Shown in pieces: positions 46,710 through 60,373 of a stretch of DNA of 64,000 nucleotides. The notes beneath the pieces were generated by a model. That model ran no database searches and was not told the DNA's origin. It was given only the letters and a program-made list of their open reading frames with translations. The stretch's first letter is position 1; the number at the start of each line of letters is the position of its first letter. A program made the position numbers and the translations under genes. The DNA lies in assembly GCF_004010195.1 (NCBI RefSeq), contig NC_057757.1:4851346-4915345 (forward strand), in the 5' to 3' direction. The DNA comes from Chiloscyllium plagiosum (Eukaryota).

Positions 46710-48454
46710 GTAAGTGTAGTCACTTTTATTTGATAAAACTTCTCATTGTTTGCGTGGGTGCCATTGGCTGAGTGTCCTATATAGTATCCATCAGTAATTG
46801 CCCTGCAGAAGGTGTGGTGAGCCCCTTCTTGAACTGTTACACTGCCATGTGTTGTAGGTAGACCCACTTCTGTTAGGAAGGCAATTCTAGGAATTTGACC
46901 TAGTGACCCTGAAGGAATGGTGGCTCATTTCCAAGGCAGGATGGTGAGTGGTTTGGAGGGAGAATGTGCGGATACTGCTGAATGTGCTGAATCTACTGCC
47001 ATTGATCTTTTAGAATAGCAGTGGTCATGGGTTTGGAAGGTGTCTTAAGGAGGCTTGATGAATCACTGCAATATGCTGGGGCACTACAGTGGCTCAGTGG
47101 TTAGCACTGCTGCCTCACAGTGCCAGGGACCTGGGTTGGATTCCTCGAGTGAACATCAGGCAGAAGATACAGAACCTTCAACACACACACCAACAGGTTC
47201 AAGAACAGCTTCTTCCCTGCTGTTATTAGAGTGATGAATGGAGTCTCTAACTTCAATTAATGTTGATCTTGCATTGTACACTTCCTGCGGTGTAATCTAC
47301 ATTTAAAAATGCGTTGCTGGAAAAGCGCAGCAGGTCAGACAGCATCAAAAGAACAGGAGAATCGACGTTTCGGGCATTAGCCCTTCTTCAGGAATCCTGA
47401 AGAAGGGCTTATGCTCGAAACGTTGATTCTCCCTGTGTTTGTGTGAGTTTCCTCTGGGTGTTCCGGTTTCAGTCAAAAGATGTGGAGGTTAGGGTGGATT
47501 GGCCATGCTAAATTGCCCGTAGTGTCCAGGGATGGGTAGGCTAGGTGGATTAGCCATGGTAAATGTGGTGTTACGGGATATGGTGAGGGACTGGATCTGG
47601 GTGAAATGCTGCTCAGAGGGTCAATGTGAACTTGATGGGCCGAGCAACTTCCTTCTGCACTGTAGAAATTCTACCTTTGTAGATGGTCTGCATTGCTGCT
47701 GCTGAGCACTAGTCTTGGAGGGAATGAATGTTGAAAATGACGGATGGTGTGGCAAACAAATGGGTTGTTTATTTGAGATGGTGTTGAGCTTCTTGAGTGT
47801 TCTAGCAATGCTCACCCAGGCAAGTGGGGAATATTTTACCCCATTCTTGACTTGCGTCTTGTAGATGGTGGGCAGGTTCTGGAGTGTCAGTGAGTGAGTT
47901 AACACAGTAGAATTCCTAGCCTCTCAATTGAATTCTTGAATTCCTGGCTTTAGCAGCCACAGTATTTACGTGGCTGGTCCAGTTGAATATTTTTGGCAAT
48001 TCGTAATCACCAGGTTATTACTTGATAAGCATGTTGTAGCTTTTGATTGGAGGCACACTTCCAGCCTGCCATCCTATTGTAGTGATTTAGAGTTCAAAGA
48101 ATTGACGATAGTGCCCATTAAGTTGTATTTGACTTTTTGTAGCTGAGTTGATGAGAGTAGACACAAAGTGGACCCTCTCCCCTACCAACTCATCTTCTTT
48201 GCCTCCCCTCCCCCATCCCCCTCTCCCTCTTCCCTTCCTCCCACCAAGTCTCTTCCTTAACAAGCAATGGAAATAATGACTAGATGGACGTAGTCAGATT
48301 CTTAATAAGCAAGGGATAAAGAGTGTTTGGCTTAGATAGGAGTGTGGAATAATTGGATCAGCCATAGCTGAGCAGGCTCGATGGACTGATTGGCCTACAC
48401 TTGCTGCTAATTCATCTGTTCATTCAAAAGCAAGATGAAGCTTTTCTGACACGG

Positions 48455-48798
48455 ATTGATTAGATTAGATTAGATTAGATTACTTACAATGTGGAAACAG
48501 GCCCTTCGGCCCAACAAGTCCACACCGCCCCGCCGAAGCGCAATCCACCCATACCCCTACCCCTACATTTACATTTACATTTACCCCTTACCTAACACTA
48601 CGGGCAATTTAGCATGGCCAATTCACCTGACCTGCACATCTTTGGACTGTGGGAGGAAACTGGAGCACCCGGAGGAAACCCACGCAGACACGGGGAGAAC
48701 GTGCAAACTCCACACAGTCAGTCGCCTGAGGCGGGTATTGAACCCGGGTCTCTGGCGCTGTGAGGCAGCAGTGCTAACCACTGTGCCACCGTGCCGCC
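48455..48798 (-). mobile_element. Full-length young HE1-type V-SINE
   Basis: (attag)n tail, intact V-domain, head gggcggcacggtggcacagtggttagc on the reverse strand. About 20 further copies or fragments occur in the window, e.g. ~965-1235, 23235-23545, 28408-28703, 36368-36690, 52712-53028, 55770-56110, 59918-60080. Confidence 0.9.
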
Positions 48799-48844
48799 CA
48801 CAAATTGGGCCGCCCACAGGATTGCCTGGAAGGATTTGACTGTA

Positions 48845-49452
48845 GGAGTAGGGATGCCTTGCTGCAATTATAAAGGGTGTTGGTGAGGCCACACCTTGGG
48901 TATTGTGTACAGTGTTGGTCTCCTAGTCTGAGGAAGGACATTCTTGCTATTGAGGAAGTCCATTGAAGGTTCACCAGACTGATTCCCGGGATGGCAGGAC
49001 TGATATATGAAGGAAGACTGGATCAATTGAACTTGTATTCATTGGAATTTAGAAGAATTACAATTGGGATATTATAGAAATATGTAAAACCTTATTGGGA
49101 CTGCACAGGCTAGGTGTGGGAAGAATGTTCCTGATGTTGGGGGAAGTCCAGAACTGGGGGGTCACTGTGTAAAAATAAGGGGTAAGCAATTCAAGACTGA
49201 GATGAGGAAGAACATCTTCACTCAGAGGGTTGGGAACCTGTGGAATTCTCTACCAGAGAAAGCTGTTGGGGCCAGTTCTTTCGATACATTCAAGAGGGAG
49301 CTGGATGTGGCTCTTGCGGCTAAAGGGATCAAGGGGTATGGAGAGAAAGTGGGAGTGGGATACTGAGATCGTGTGATCAGCCATGGTCATACTGAATTGT
49401 GATGCAGGCTTGAAGGGCTGAATGGCCTACTCCTGGACCTATTTTCTATGTT
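48845..49452 (+). mobile_element. CR1 LINE 3' fragment (second subfamily)
   Basis: LLQLYRVLVRPHL..CVQCWSP-like sequence and an aatggcctactcct tail. Confidence 0.75.
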
Positions 49453-49639
49453 CCTAAGTGGGGCAGACAGAGAGGGAGCTCATGGCTCAGTTTAGGTGGA
49501 CTCTAACTTGAGGTTCCAGTTTGCTTGTAATTCTTGTCAAGAGTGCATCTTGCTGTGAGTCTGCAGCCTGTTGGCTTGGAGGAGAGGGATTTGCCTTGAT
49601 TCCATTTGCAGCTTACTCTCCCGCCATTTGACCTTGCAG

Positions 49640-49734
49640 GTGGGCGAGATTTTCTCGGCGGCTGGAGCTGCCTTCACCAAGCTCGGAGAGTTGACCATGC
49701 AGCTGCACCCAGTGGCGGACTCCTCACCGGCTGG
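49640..49734 (+). CDS. C17orf49: BAP18 coding exon 2
   Basis: tgcag|VGEIFSAAGAAFTKLGELTMQLHPVADSSPAG|gtaagt. Confidence 0.97.
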
Positions 49735-52700
49735 GTAAGTAGGTGGAGGCATGTTTCTCTCTTCCCCCCCCCCCCCCCCCCCCCTCCCCCACCATGGTAT
49801 ATCACCCCCTGTAAGTGTCCTCACCATTGTCCCTCTAGGACCTTGTTGTCCAGCTGGCTTGGGAATGAATACCAAGGTGGTGCCCACCCTGTGGCATGCA
49901 TCCCTTCTGTCTTTGGCAACAATTCTGTGGTATGTGCCATACATCCTTTCAGGGATGTGGCAGAGAGAGAGGCAAGTAGACATCTCGTACACTTCACCCC
50001 AGTACATGGAAGGAAGATACAGATCAGTCTTGATCAAATGTCATGATAGAGAGGGATCGAATAGTCTCCTCATATTCTGTTCAGTCTCAACAACCCGTTA
50101 CCCACTTCTGTTCCCTTCATGCATTACTTGGTGACTCTCCTAAGAAACCTAATTACAGTACGGTGGCACAGTGGCTCAGTGGTTAGCGCTGCTGCCTTAC
50201 AGTGCCAGGGACCCAGGTTCAATTTCAACCTTGTGTGACTGACTGACTGTGTGGAGTTTGCACATTCTCTCCATGTCTGTGTTGTTTCCTCCAGGTGCTC
50301 CAGTTTCCTCCCACTGTCCAAAGATGTGCAGGTTAGGGTGGATTGGCAATGCTAAACTGCCCAGAGTTTACAGGAGAAAGTGAGGACTGCAGATGTTGGA
50401 GATCAGAGTCAAAACGTATTGTGCTGTAAAAGCGCAGCTGGTCAGGCAGCATCCGCGGAGCGGGAGAATTGTGTTTCGAGCATAAGCTCTTCATCAGGAA
50501 TATGCCCATAGTATCCAGGGATATGCAGGCTAGGTGGAGTAGCCATGGGAAATGTAGGGCTACAGGGATAGGGTATGACGTTGGGTCTCGGTGGGATGCC
50601 TTTTGGAGTTTCGGTGTGGATTTGATGGGCCAAAGATCCCTGTAGGGATTCTATGATGCCATATGGTGACCGGCTGACAGGACAACTGGTGCCATTGGGA
50701 AGGTGGAAAAGAGCTTTGAAAGGTGGGAAGTGCAAACCCATGAGGCGCTGGATGATGGTGTGAATTTGGCGAGGGCTTTTCATGTGTACAATCTGGTTGA
50801 CATCTTAACACAGCGGAAGTCTCTTCTGTCAGATACACATACAGGTCAAGTAGTCCGGCCAGTGCACTTGCATACTAGCCTGTAGTTCTTCCATAGCACT
50901 GTCCAACTCACCCCTAAATGTAGATGTTAAGGAGCAGGAGGAGGCCGTTCAGCCCCTTGAGCCGATTCTGCCATTCGGTAAGCTTACTGCTGCTGATTAC
51001 TCCATGTACCTGCCGCCCCTCAGTCACCCTTCAACCCCCTCGCTCACCAAGAAAGTACCTACCTCGGCCTCAAAACTATTCTGAAAGACTCTAGTTCTAC
51101 CATTTTTGAGGAAGAGATTTCCAAAAACTCTCAATCCCCTGAAGGAAAGAATTTCTCTTCATCTCTGGTGCTCTGGATTCCTCCTCAAGAGGAAATCTCC
51201 TCTTGATTTCAGTGGGTTTCTTCCTACCTTCACTCCTACCCCCAGCACTGATGAATCGAGTTCCTAAGGGTTTAGGACCATAGGAAGTAGGCGAAAGGCC
51301 ATTTGGTCCTTCTTGTTATTCTGGAATCATAGATTCCCTACAGAGTAGAAGTAGGCCATTCAGCCCCTCAAGTCCACACTGACTCTCCGAAGAGCATCCC
51401 ATCCAGACACACCACATCCCTGTAACCCTGCACTTCCACCTCGCCTATACATCCCTGGACACTGAGTAGTTTGGAATGGCCAATTCACCCTAACCTGCAT
51501 GTTTTTGGACTGTGGGAGGAACCAGAGGAAACCCACACAGATGCTGAGAGAACGTGCAAACTCCACACAGGCAGTCACCCAAGGGTGGAATCAAATCTGT
51601 GAGACAGAAGTGTCAACCACTGAGCCATTGTGCCGCCTGGATCACATTCTATTGGGTCACAACTAATCTCCCTCAGTGCCGTTTTCACCACTACCTCCAT
51701 ATCTGTTAATGTCATTAATATCGAGAAATCTATCAGTCTCTGCCTAGATCGTAACTCTGTGACTGAACTACCTCAGCCCTCTGGTGTAGACAGTTCCAAA
51801 GATTCACCATGGCATGGTTGAAGACATTCCTCCTCTTTATCTATGTTGTGTGGCTACCAACCCAGCCCTGTGGGTTAACCATTTCTGTGCCAGCCCCTCT
51901 GCCACAAAAAAACCCTAGCTGAAGCTGCTGACACATCTTTGTTTTAAAACAAAATCCTTTTCACTCGTCTGGCATTAGCAAGTGGTTGTGATGCCATTTT
52001 TTCCCTTGCTGTTAGCTTCAAGGGCCCAGTGTTTTATTGGCTGTGCACTTTCGATCCGGCAAGATCCACAGGCCAGTGACCACAACAAACGTAGAGTCAG
52101 CACGGAAACCTATCCTGTGGCCCAACTCGTCCATGCTGACTGGATTCCTAAATTAACCTAGCCCCATTTCCCAGTATTTGGCCCATATTCCTCTAAACAC
52201 TTCCTGTTCATGTGCTCATCCAGATCCCTTTGAAATGCTGTAATTGTACCAGTCACCACCGCTTCCTCTGGCAACTCATTCCATACCTGTACCACCCTCT
52301 GCGTTGAAAAAGTTGCCCCTGAGGTCCTCTTTAAATCTTTTCCCTCACACTGTAAGCCTGTGCCCTTTAGTGTTAGGCCATTGGTAGGTCATTCAGCTTT
52401 TGAGCCTGTTCCACCATTCAGTGAGATTATCAATGATCTGTGGCCTAACACTCTATACCTGCCTTTGGCCCATAATACCTAATACCTTTGCTTAACAAAA
52501 GTTTATATTCCTCACATCTAAGATTAATCACTGGTTGAGTTAGTTGATTCTTAGTTGAATATCGGGTGGATTGAGACCACCTGTACTCCCTGAACTGCTG
52601 CTTCATCAGGTCGGTTCATTCATTTTAAATTTTATTATCAATTTGAAATCACTCATTAGATGGCCCATCAGCAAGGGAAAAGAGAAAAAATTAAACCATT

Positions 52701-53520
52701 ATGCAACTCTAAGTGGCTCAGTGGTTAGCACTGCTGCCTCACAGCACCAGAGTCCCAAGTTCGATTCCAGCCTCAGGCAACTGTCTGTGTGGAGTTTGCA
52801 CATTCCCCCACTTGTCTCTGTGGGTTTCCTCTGGGTGCTCCAGTTTCCCCCCACAGTCCAAAGATGTGCAGGTTAGGTGAATTGGCCATGCTAAATTGTC
52901 CATAGTGTTAGGTACATTAGTTGGAGGGAAATGGATCTGGGTGGGTTACTCTTCAGAGGGTTGGTGTGGACTAGTTGGGCTGAAGGGCCTGTTTCCACAC
53001 TGTAGGGAATCTAATCTCATCTAATCTACATGTCAAAAAAATCATTAAACTAAGCAGTGAAGTCATAAAAATTACAGAAACCAAATCATTGTTCCTTAGA
53101 TGTAAGGTTCAGAAAAGATTTACCAGAATGTTGTCAGGTGTGGAGGGTTAGATTATAAGGATTGGCTGGGAATTTTTCACTGGAGCGTAAGAGGTTGAGG
53201 GATGACCTTATTGAATTTTATAAAATCATGAGGGGCAGAGGTAAGATGAACAGTAGGTGTCTTTTCCCCTAGTCCCTGTTTCCGTGCCTTATACGACTCT
53301 GTGATTCTATTTGGAGAGGTTGTTTCCTGGGTGGGAGAGTCGAGGACCAGAGGGCACAGTCTCGGAATAAGAGGTCATGCATTCAAGACCGAGATGAAGG
53401 GGAATTTCTTCTCCTGGAGGGTAATGAATCTGTGGAATTCTTTACCACAAAGGGCTGTTGACGTTGGGTCACTCAGTGCATTCAAGGCCGAGATACACAG
53501 TTTTTTAATGAATTAAGGAT

Positions 53521-54951
53521 TATAGAGTCATAGTCATAGAGATGTACAGACCCTTCGGTCCAACCCGTCCATGCCGACCAGATATCCCAACCCAATCTAG
53601 TCCCACCTGCCAGCATCTGGCCCATATCCCTCCAAACCCTTCCTATTCATATACCCATCTAAATGCCTCTTAAATGTTGCAATTGTACCAGCCTCCACCA
53701 CATCCTCTGGCAGTTCATTCCATACATGTACCACCCTCTGCGTGAAAAAGGTCACTTTTATATCTTTCCCCTCTTACCCTAACCCTATGCCCTCTAATTC
53801 TGGACTCCCTGACCCCAGGGAAAAGACTTTGTCTATTTATCCTATCCATGCCCCTCATAATTTTGTAAACCTCTATAAGGTCACCCCTCAGCCTCCGACG
53901 CTCCAGGGAAAACCGCCCCAGCCTGTTCAGCCTCTCCCTGTAGCTCAAATCCTCCAACCCTGGCAACATCCTTGTAAATCTTTTCTGACCCCTTTCAAGT
54001 TTCGCAACATCTTTCTGATAGGAAGGAGACCAGAATTGCACACAATATTCCAACAGTGGCCGAACCAATGTCCTCTACAACCGCAACATGATTTCCCAAC
54101 TCCTTTATTCAGTACTCTGACCAATAAAGGAAAGCATACCAAACACCTTCTTCACTATCCTATCTACCTGTGACCCCACTTTCAAGGAGCTATGAACCTG
54201 CACTCCAAGTTCTCTTTGTTCATCAACACTCCACAGGACCTTACCATTAAGTGTATAAGTCCAGCACTGATTTGCCTTTCCAAAATGCAGCACCTCGCAT
54301 TTATCTAAATTAAACTCCATCTGCCACTTGTCAGCCCATTGGCCCATCTGGTCAAGATCCTGTTGTAATTTGAGGTAACCCTCTTCACTGTCCAGTACAC
54401 CTCCAATTTTGGTGTCATCTGCAAACTTACTAATTGTACCTCTTATGCCCACATCCAAATCATTTATGTAAATGACAAAAAGTAGAGGGCCCAGCACCGA
54501 TCCTTGTGGCACTCCACTAGTCACAGGCCTCCAGTCTGAAAAACAACTCTCCACACCACCCTCTGTCTTCTACCTTTGAGCCAGTGCTGTATCCAGATGG
54601 CTAGTTCTCCCTGTATTCCGTGAGATCTAACCTTGCTAATCAGTCTCCCATGGGGAACCTTGTCAAATGCCTTACTGAAGTCCATACAGATCACATCTAC
54701 AGCTCTGCCCTCATCAATCTTCTTTGTTACTTCAAAAAACTCAATCAAGTTTGTGAGACATGATTTCCCACGCACAAAGCCATGTTGACTATCTCGAATC
54801 AGTCCTTGTCCTTCCAAATACATGTACGTCCTGTCCCTCAGGATTCCCTCCAACAACTTGCCCACTACCGAGGTCAGGCTCTCCGGTCTATAGTTCCCTG
54901 GCTTGCCTTTACCGTCCTTCATAAACAGTGGCACCACGTTTGCCAACCTCC
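53521..54951 (-). mobile_element. 5'-truncated HER1/CR1 LINE with frameshifted reverse transcriptase
   Basis: PGNYRP.SLTSVVGKLLE, QHGF..GKSCLTNL, DFSKAFDKVPH, GVPQGSVLGPLLF, FADDTK, YCVQFWSP spread over three frames. Confidence 0.95.
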
Positions 54952-56337
54952 TGTCTATGGAGAAAAGGTAGGAAAGTGGAGCTGAGGATGATCAGATCAG
55001 ATCAGTCATGATCTTATTGAAAGATGGAGCAGACTGGATGGGCTGAAAGGCCTACTTGTGCTCCTTGTGGTCCTGAAAATTCCTAGGTATCCCAGAATTA
55101 AAGCCGTCTTTCCAGAAATCATTCTGTCCCTGAGCCAGTATGCCTCACTACGGTTCATAAAGGACGTTGCTCACGAGAGAAAATCAACATGTTCCATGAA
55201 AATGGTTGCCAGGGGAAGAAATAAGGAGTGAAAAAATATTTGCGATAATGAGAGCAAAACGGGTCAAAGAGGCAACTTGAACATAAAGCTAATGTTACCG
55301 ATTGTACACTCCTCTATCATAAAGCTAATATTACCAATTGTACACTCCCATATCATCTTCTATAATCTTTGTTTAATAAACTTGTTCCATAAAATAATTT
55401 GTCAGTTAAACTATTGGAAGTATGTCAAACGGTATCGTGCAGCGCCGTTGCACTAATGATCTAGCAGCCAAGCTTCATGCCGTGGGGACATAGGTTCAAT
55501 TCCTACTGCAACACCTAGTGAAACTTAACATTCAGTTTTCAAAATAAAGAATTGAAAGCTAATCATTGATGAAATGGTGAGTGTGAAACTACCATCAACT
55601 GTTGCAAGAACACATCTGATTCACCAATTCCCTTTATGAAAGAAAATCTTCCAACGTGCAACATTCACAGCAATGTGGTTGACTTTTAACCACTGAATGT
55701 AATGCCTGAAGAAGCCTCTCAATCGAGGGCACTTCAGGTGGTAAGCCCGTGTCCTACAAAAGAAATGGGTGGGCACGGGGGCTCAGTGGTTGGCACTGTT
55801 GCCTCACAATGCCGGGGGCCCGGATTCGATTCCAGCCTCGGGTGACTGTCTGTGTGTGGAGTTTGCACATTCCCCCCCCGTGTCTGCGTGGGTTTCCTCC
55901 GGGTGCTCCAGTTCCCTCCCACAATCCAAAGATGTGCAGGTTCGGGTGGATTGGCCGTGCTAAATGGTCCCGTGGTGTGCAGGCTGGGTTGACTAACCAT
56001 TGGAAATGCAGGGTTAGGTTAGGGGGTTGGATCAGGCTATGATGCTCTTTGGATGGTCAGTGTGGACTCGATGGACAAAGTGGCCTGCTTCCACACTGAG
56101 ATTCTATCATTCTGAGAAATGAGAAAAAGCAAGTGTAAATCTTTGTGAAAGTCTGAATGTTTCAGCTTCACTTCAGACAACAAAGTGCAAAAATCAAAGC
56201 TGATACCGCAGTGCTTGTACCTTGAATGCCGAGGTCCTGATGAGTATTCAATGATAGGAGATGCGTAAGAATGTCCTGACCCGTATCTGTCCCTCTGTCG
56301 GCATCATTAAATAGCGTCTGATTTGACCATGAATCTA

Positions 56338-56865
56338 TAGGTCTCCCTGCTGTAGGAAAGGCGTTGTTAAACCTGAAACAGTTCAGAAAAGATTTACAAG
56401 GATGTTGCCAGGATTGGAGGGTTTGAGCTATAGGGAAGAGGTTGAATAGGCTGGGGCTGTTTTCCCTGGAGCGTCAGAGGCTGAGGGGTGATCTTAGAGA
56501 GGTTTATAAAATCATGAGGGGCATGACTGGGATAAATAGACAGGTCTTTTCCCTGGGGTGGGGAAGTCCAGATCTAGAGGCAATAGGTTTAGGGTGAGAG
56601 GGGAAAGATATAAAAGGGACATAAGGGGCAACTTTTTCACGCAGAATGTGGTACCTGTATGGAATGAGCTGCCAGAGGAAGTGGTGGAGGCTGGTACAAT
56701 GACAGCATTTACAAGGCATCTGGATGGCTATTTGAATAGGAAGGGTTTGGAGGGATATTGGGCCAAATGCTGGGAGATGGGTCCCGATTATTTTAGGATA
56801 TCTGGTCGATGCGAAAAAGTCGGGCCAAAGGGCCTGTTTCCGTGCTGTACATCTCGATGACTCTT
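56338..56865 (+). mobile_element. HER1/CR1 LINE 3' fragment
   Basis: RFRVRGERYKRDIRGNFFTQNVV..WNELPEEVVEAG. Confidence 0.9.
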
Positions 56866-57130
56866 AAGATCTTTCTTTCTTGAGCAAGGATGGTCAGGGC
56901 TGTGCTGGGCAATTGGTTTACTGATGTAACACAGCAGCCTGGCACCCTCCACCCTCTGGCAGTGACCTCTCCCTCTCCCTTGGCCCAGGTTGCTCTATCA
57001 GTGCTGGCCCACTTCCCTTTCCGAGGAGTCACAGCAGCTCTCTTCACAATCCCGACTCTCCCAGTATTTTTGTTTTCCTCTCTCCATCGCTCTATCCCTC
57101 CATCTCTCTCTCTCTCTCTCTTCCCGCCAG

Positions 57131-57232
57131 TGCCAAGTGGACGGACACGGAGATTGAGATGCTGCGTTCGGCCGTGAAGCGCTTCGGAGAGGATTTAAAC
57201 AAAATCAGCACCGTCATCAAAGACCGCACCGT
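57131..57232 (+). CDS. C17orf49: BAP18 coding exon 3 (SANT domain)
   Basis: gccag|AKWTDTEIEMLRSAVKRFGEDLNKISTVIKDRTV|gtaagc. Confidence 0.97.
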
Positions 57233-60158
57233 GTAAGCGGGGGGTGGTGCGGGGAGGAAGACAGATGGGGGACTGGGTGTTCCAGGGTGGAATAACTGGG
57301 CTGACTAGGTCCCAGATTTCGGGGTGGGGGGAGGGGAGGGCGGGTGGAAGTATGATTGAGGTTGCGAATTTACAGTGTAGCTGCCGAAGTATTAAGTTGA
57401 AGGTGAAAGATTAGCAAAGGACTTTGGATTAGATTGAGAGCAGATGGTAAGTGTGATTCCGAAGCGTGGAAAGAGGTGTACCATCGGGTACAAGCTGGCT
57501 ACTGAATGAGTTGTAAAACTGAATGAGCAAAGGTGGCTGCAGTATTTACAGACTGTGTACTCTACAGCAGATTGTAAATGTTTCATAAACTCCTGAAGCA
57601 AGCTGAACGCATTTTGGAGAGAGTGCAGCAAATGGAATTGAGATTGATTTAGGTGAATGGTCAAGCATCCAAGATGGGCTCAAGGCCCTCCTGCTTGAGA
57701 GCAGTCTTGTCTGGGTGCACTTACTGGGCAACAGGGCAGATGTAAGGAGTAGTAGGAGTAAACAGCATTCTGAGAAAGGGTGACCAACAGACAGGATTGA
57801 CTGACCGGAAATCAGATCGCTGAGCTTGCATCAAAAAGAGCTTGATGATACAATCAAAGAAGACTTGCATTTAGATAGTGTTTTTTCATGACTCTGGCAT
57901 GCCTGAATGCACTTTCTTTCTTAGGGCCTTTTTTTTCCTGAAAATCCAAGGCTGAGAGGCTGACCCTATTGTGGTCTTTAAATTGTGAAAGATTTCGATA
58001 GATTAGACACAGAGGAACTTGTTAGGTAGAGCATGACAGGAGGCCAGTTACCCAGAAATCCATTGGAGAATTCATTGAATCAAAGAATCCTGACAGAGTT
58101 GATGCAGGCGATTCTGCCCATTGGGTCCACACCACCCCTCTGAAGAGCATCCTACCCAAACCCATCACCCTTTCCTATACCTGCACATCCCTGGACACTA
58201 CGGGCCAATTTAATCTGGCCAGTCTGCCTGACTTGCACGTCTTTGGACTGTGGAAAACACACCCAGAGGAAAAACACGCAGACATGGGGAGAATGTGCAA
58301 GCTCCACACAGACAGTTGCCCGAGGTTGGAGTAGCTGGTGCTGTGAGACAGCAGTGCGAACCAGTGAGGTACCCTGCTGCCCAGGTTCAGGGTAAACTTC
58401 TTCCATAGTATTAGTGAGAGAGATACCAAAGAGGAGTCATAAGTCCCGTTTTTCTTAGCTCAAGTGATCTTTATTCAGAGTTCTAGTGCCACATATGTGG
58501 GAGAAGCTGGAGAAACCCAAATCTGGCCTTCATATGCCCTCTTAATGATAGCTCAGATTGGAGGTCAGTGACACTCTGCAGTTCCCCAGTGAAATACAAC
58601 ATTTTAATAGCTTTCGAGTTACAATAATTACAAGTAACATTGACGTCCTTGTTAGCCACATCCCCCTAAGTTATACATTCAATTCAGTAAAAGCGTACGA
58701 TCAATCATCGACAACTATATGGACAGCCCTAGGTTCTCCCAGTATCTCACGATGTCTACCAGATATCTCCGTCACCTGCCTTTGGGATCTTACAATGCCT
58801 CTGACAGTTTTACTCTTTCCCAAATAATGGCCAGCTGAAGTGCCATATTTACCAATAACCTGAATTGTTGTTTTTCACTTAGAGCTATTCCAAATTCTGT
58901 ACTAACTTTAGTATGGCAGTTTAGGAAAGATAGTAACTGCTACCAATTGTTCTAAAGTCTTTACAATCAACTCGACTGTAAAGTTACTGTGACACAGCTG
59001 ACAGATTGGGAACAACCCCTCTCTCACTTCAACCTGAGAGATCAGACAACAGACCTTCTGACTTGCAACTGCAGTTTTCGCCCCCTGCTATTCACTTGCT
59101 GTAGGTGAATTTTAAACTGAAGTTTCCTTTTTAAATAAATCTTTACTATCTTCACTTCAAACACTTTCCATTACTAATTGTCTTTCCTTAAGAAAAGCAA
59201 CTTTTGGAATTCCACTAAGAAGAGTGAAATTTAACCACTTTATCAAGCCATTAAATAAAACTTGTTTAGATTCCACCAACAATGAGGAGAGAACCACATT
59301 TGTAACCTGCCTTTGCCACTCTCCCCTTGATCTTTGGATATAAAATTGTTCAAATTATCTACATCTACACTTAAGTTTCAGTTGTTTATCTTTCCCTAGT
59401 TGTGACCTCTTTTTACAAACTTTCTCCTGTGCAAATGGTTTGTTTTTTAGAGGTCATGTTGACAATATTTATTACTTTATCTTCCCTTATAATGCACCGA
59501 GCCTATTGATTATTTCCAAACATTTGCTCAAGGAATGCAGCTAACCCTTGACACTAATTTGTTGTTTGCCTTTGTGATTCGGCAGTTCCCAAAACACTTC
59601 AGAATAGGATCAGACCTCTCCTACCTCTTACTACCTATCTCTAAACCTTTCTGTCTTTCATTTTCATGTACTTGTTCAAATGTCTTTTAAATGTTGCCAC
59701 TTGTACCTGCATCTACCACTTCCTCAGGCAACTGGTTCCACAAACGAACCACTCTGCATGTAAAAGTATGTCCTCTAGGTTTGAACTCCCAATCCTGGGG
59801 AAAAGACCTTTGCTATCCACCTTATCCATGCCCCTCATGATTTTATAAACCTCCTATATGCTCAAGGCCATTGAATATTTTTAGGACAGAGGTAGATAGG
59901 TTAATAAGGCAGTTAATGGGCAGCACGGTGGCTCAGTGGTTAGCACTGCAGCCTCACAGCACCAGGGACCCAGGTTCGATTCCAGCCTCAGGCTGTCTGT
60001 GTGGAGTTTGCACATTCTCCCCGTGTCTGCGTGGGTTTCCTCCGGGTTCTCCGGTTTCCTCCCTCAGTCCAAAGATGTGGGGATGCTTGTGGCATTTGAC
60101 AAGTTGCCCACCGCCGTGTTGGTCCTAACATTTCATCCTGTGCCTCTGCCCCTCCCAG

Positions 60159-60373
60159 TGCCCAGATCAAGACCACGGTCAAACGCAAAGTCTATGAGGA
60201 CAGCAGCGTTCCCCTCCCCTCAGAGTCCCCCAAGAAAATGCAGAAGAAGGCAGTGACGGTGGGGGCAGCAGTCTCAGCGCCAACCACACCTCCAGCAGCG
60301 ACAGCAGCAGCAGCCTCTGTCGGGAACACCCCACCCACAGATCCATCGGCTGCCAAGAAGCAAAAGACATCCG
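60159..60373 (+). CDS. C17orf49: BAP18 coding exon 4
   Basis: cccag|[26 protein letters not shown]...AAKKQKTS|gtaagg. Confidence 0.95.

Noticed and set aside
53521..54951. Possible active or domesticated reverse transcriptase
   Set aside because: 5'-truncated, lacks the endonuclease domain, and frameshifted; a dead CR1 copy.
60300..60373. Suspected frameshift in the low-complexity part of BAP18 exon 4
   Set aside because: Recounting codons shows a continuous frame to KKQKTS|D; the gene is intact.
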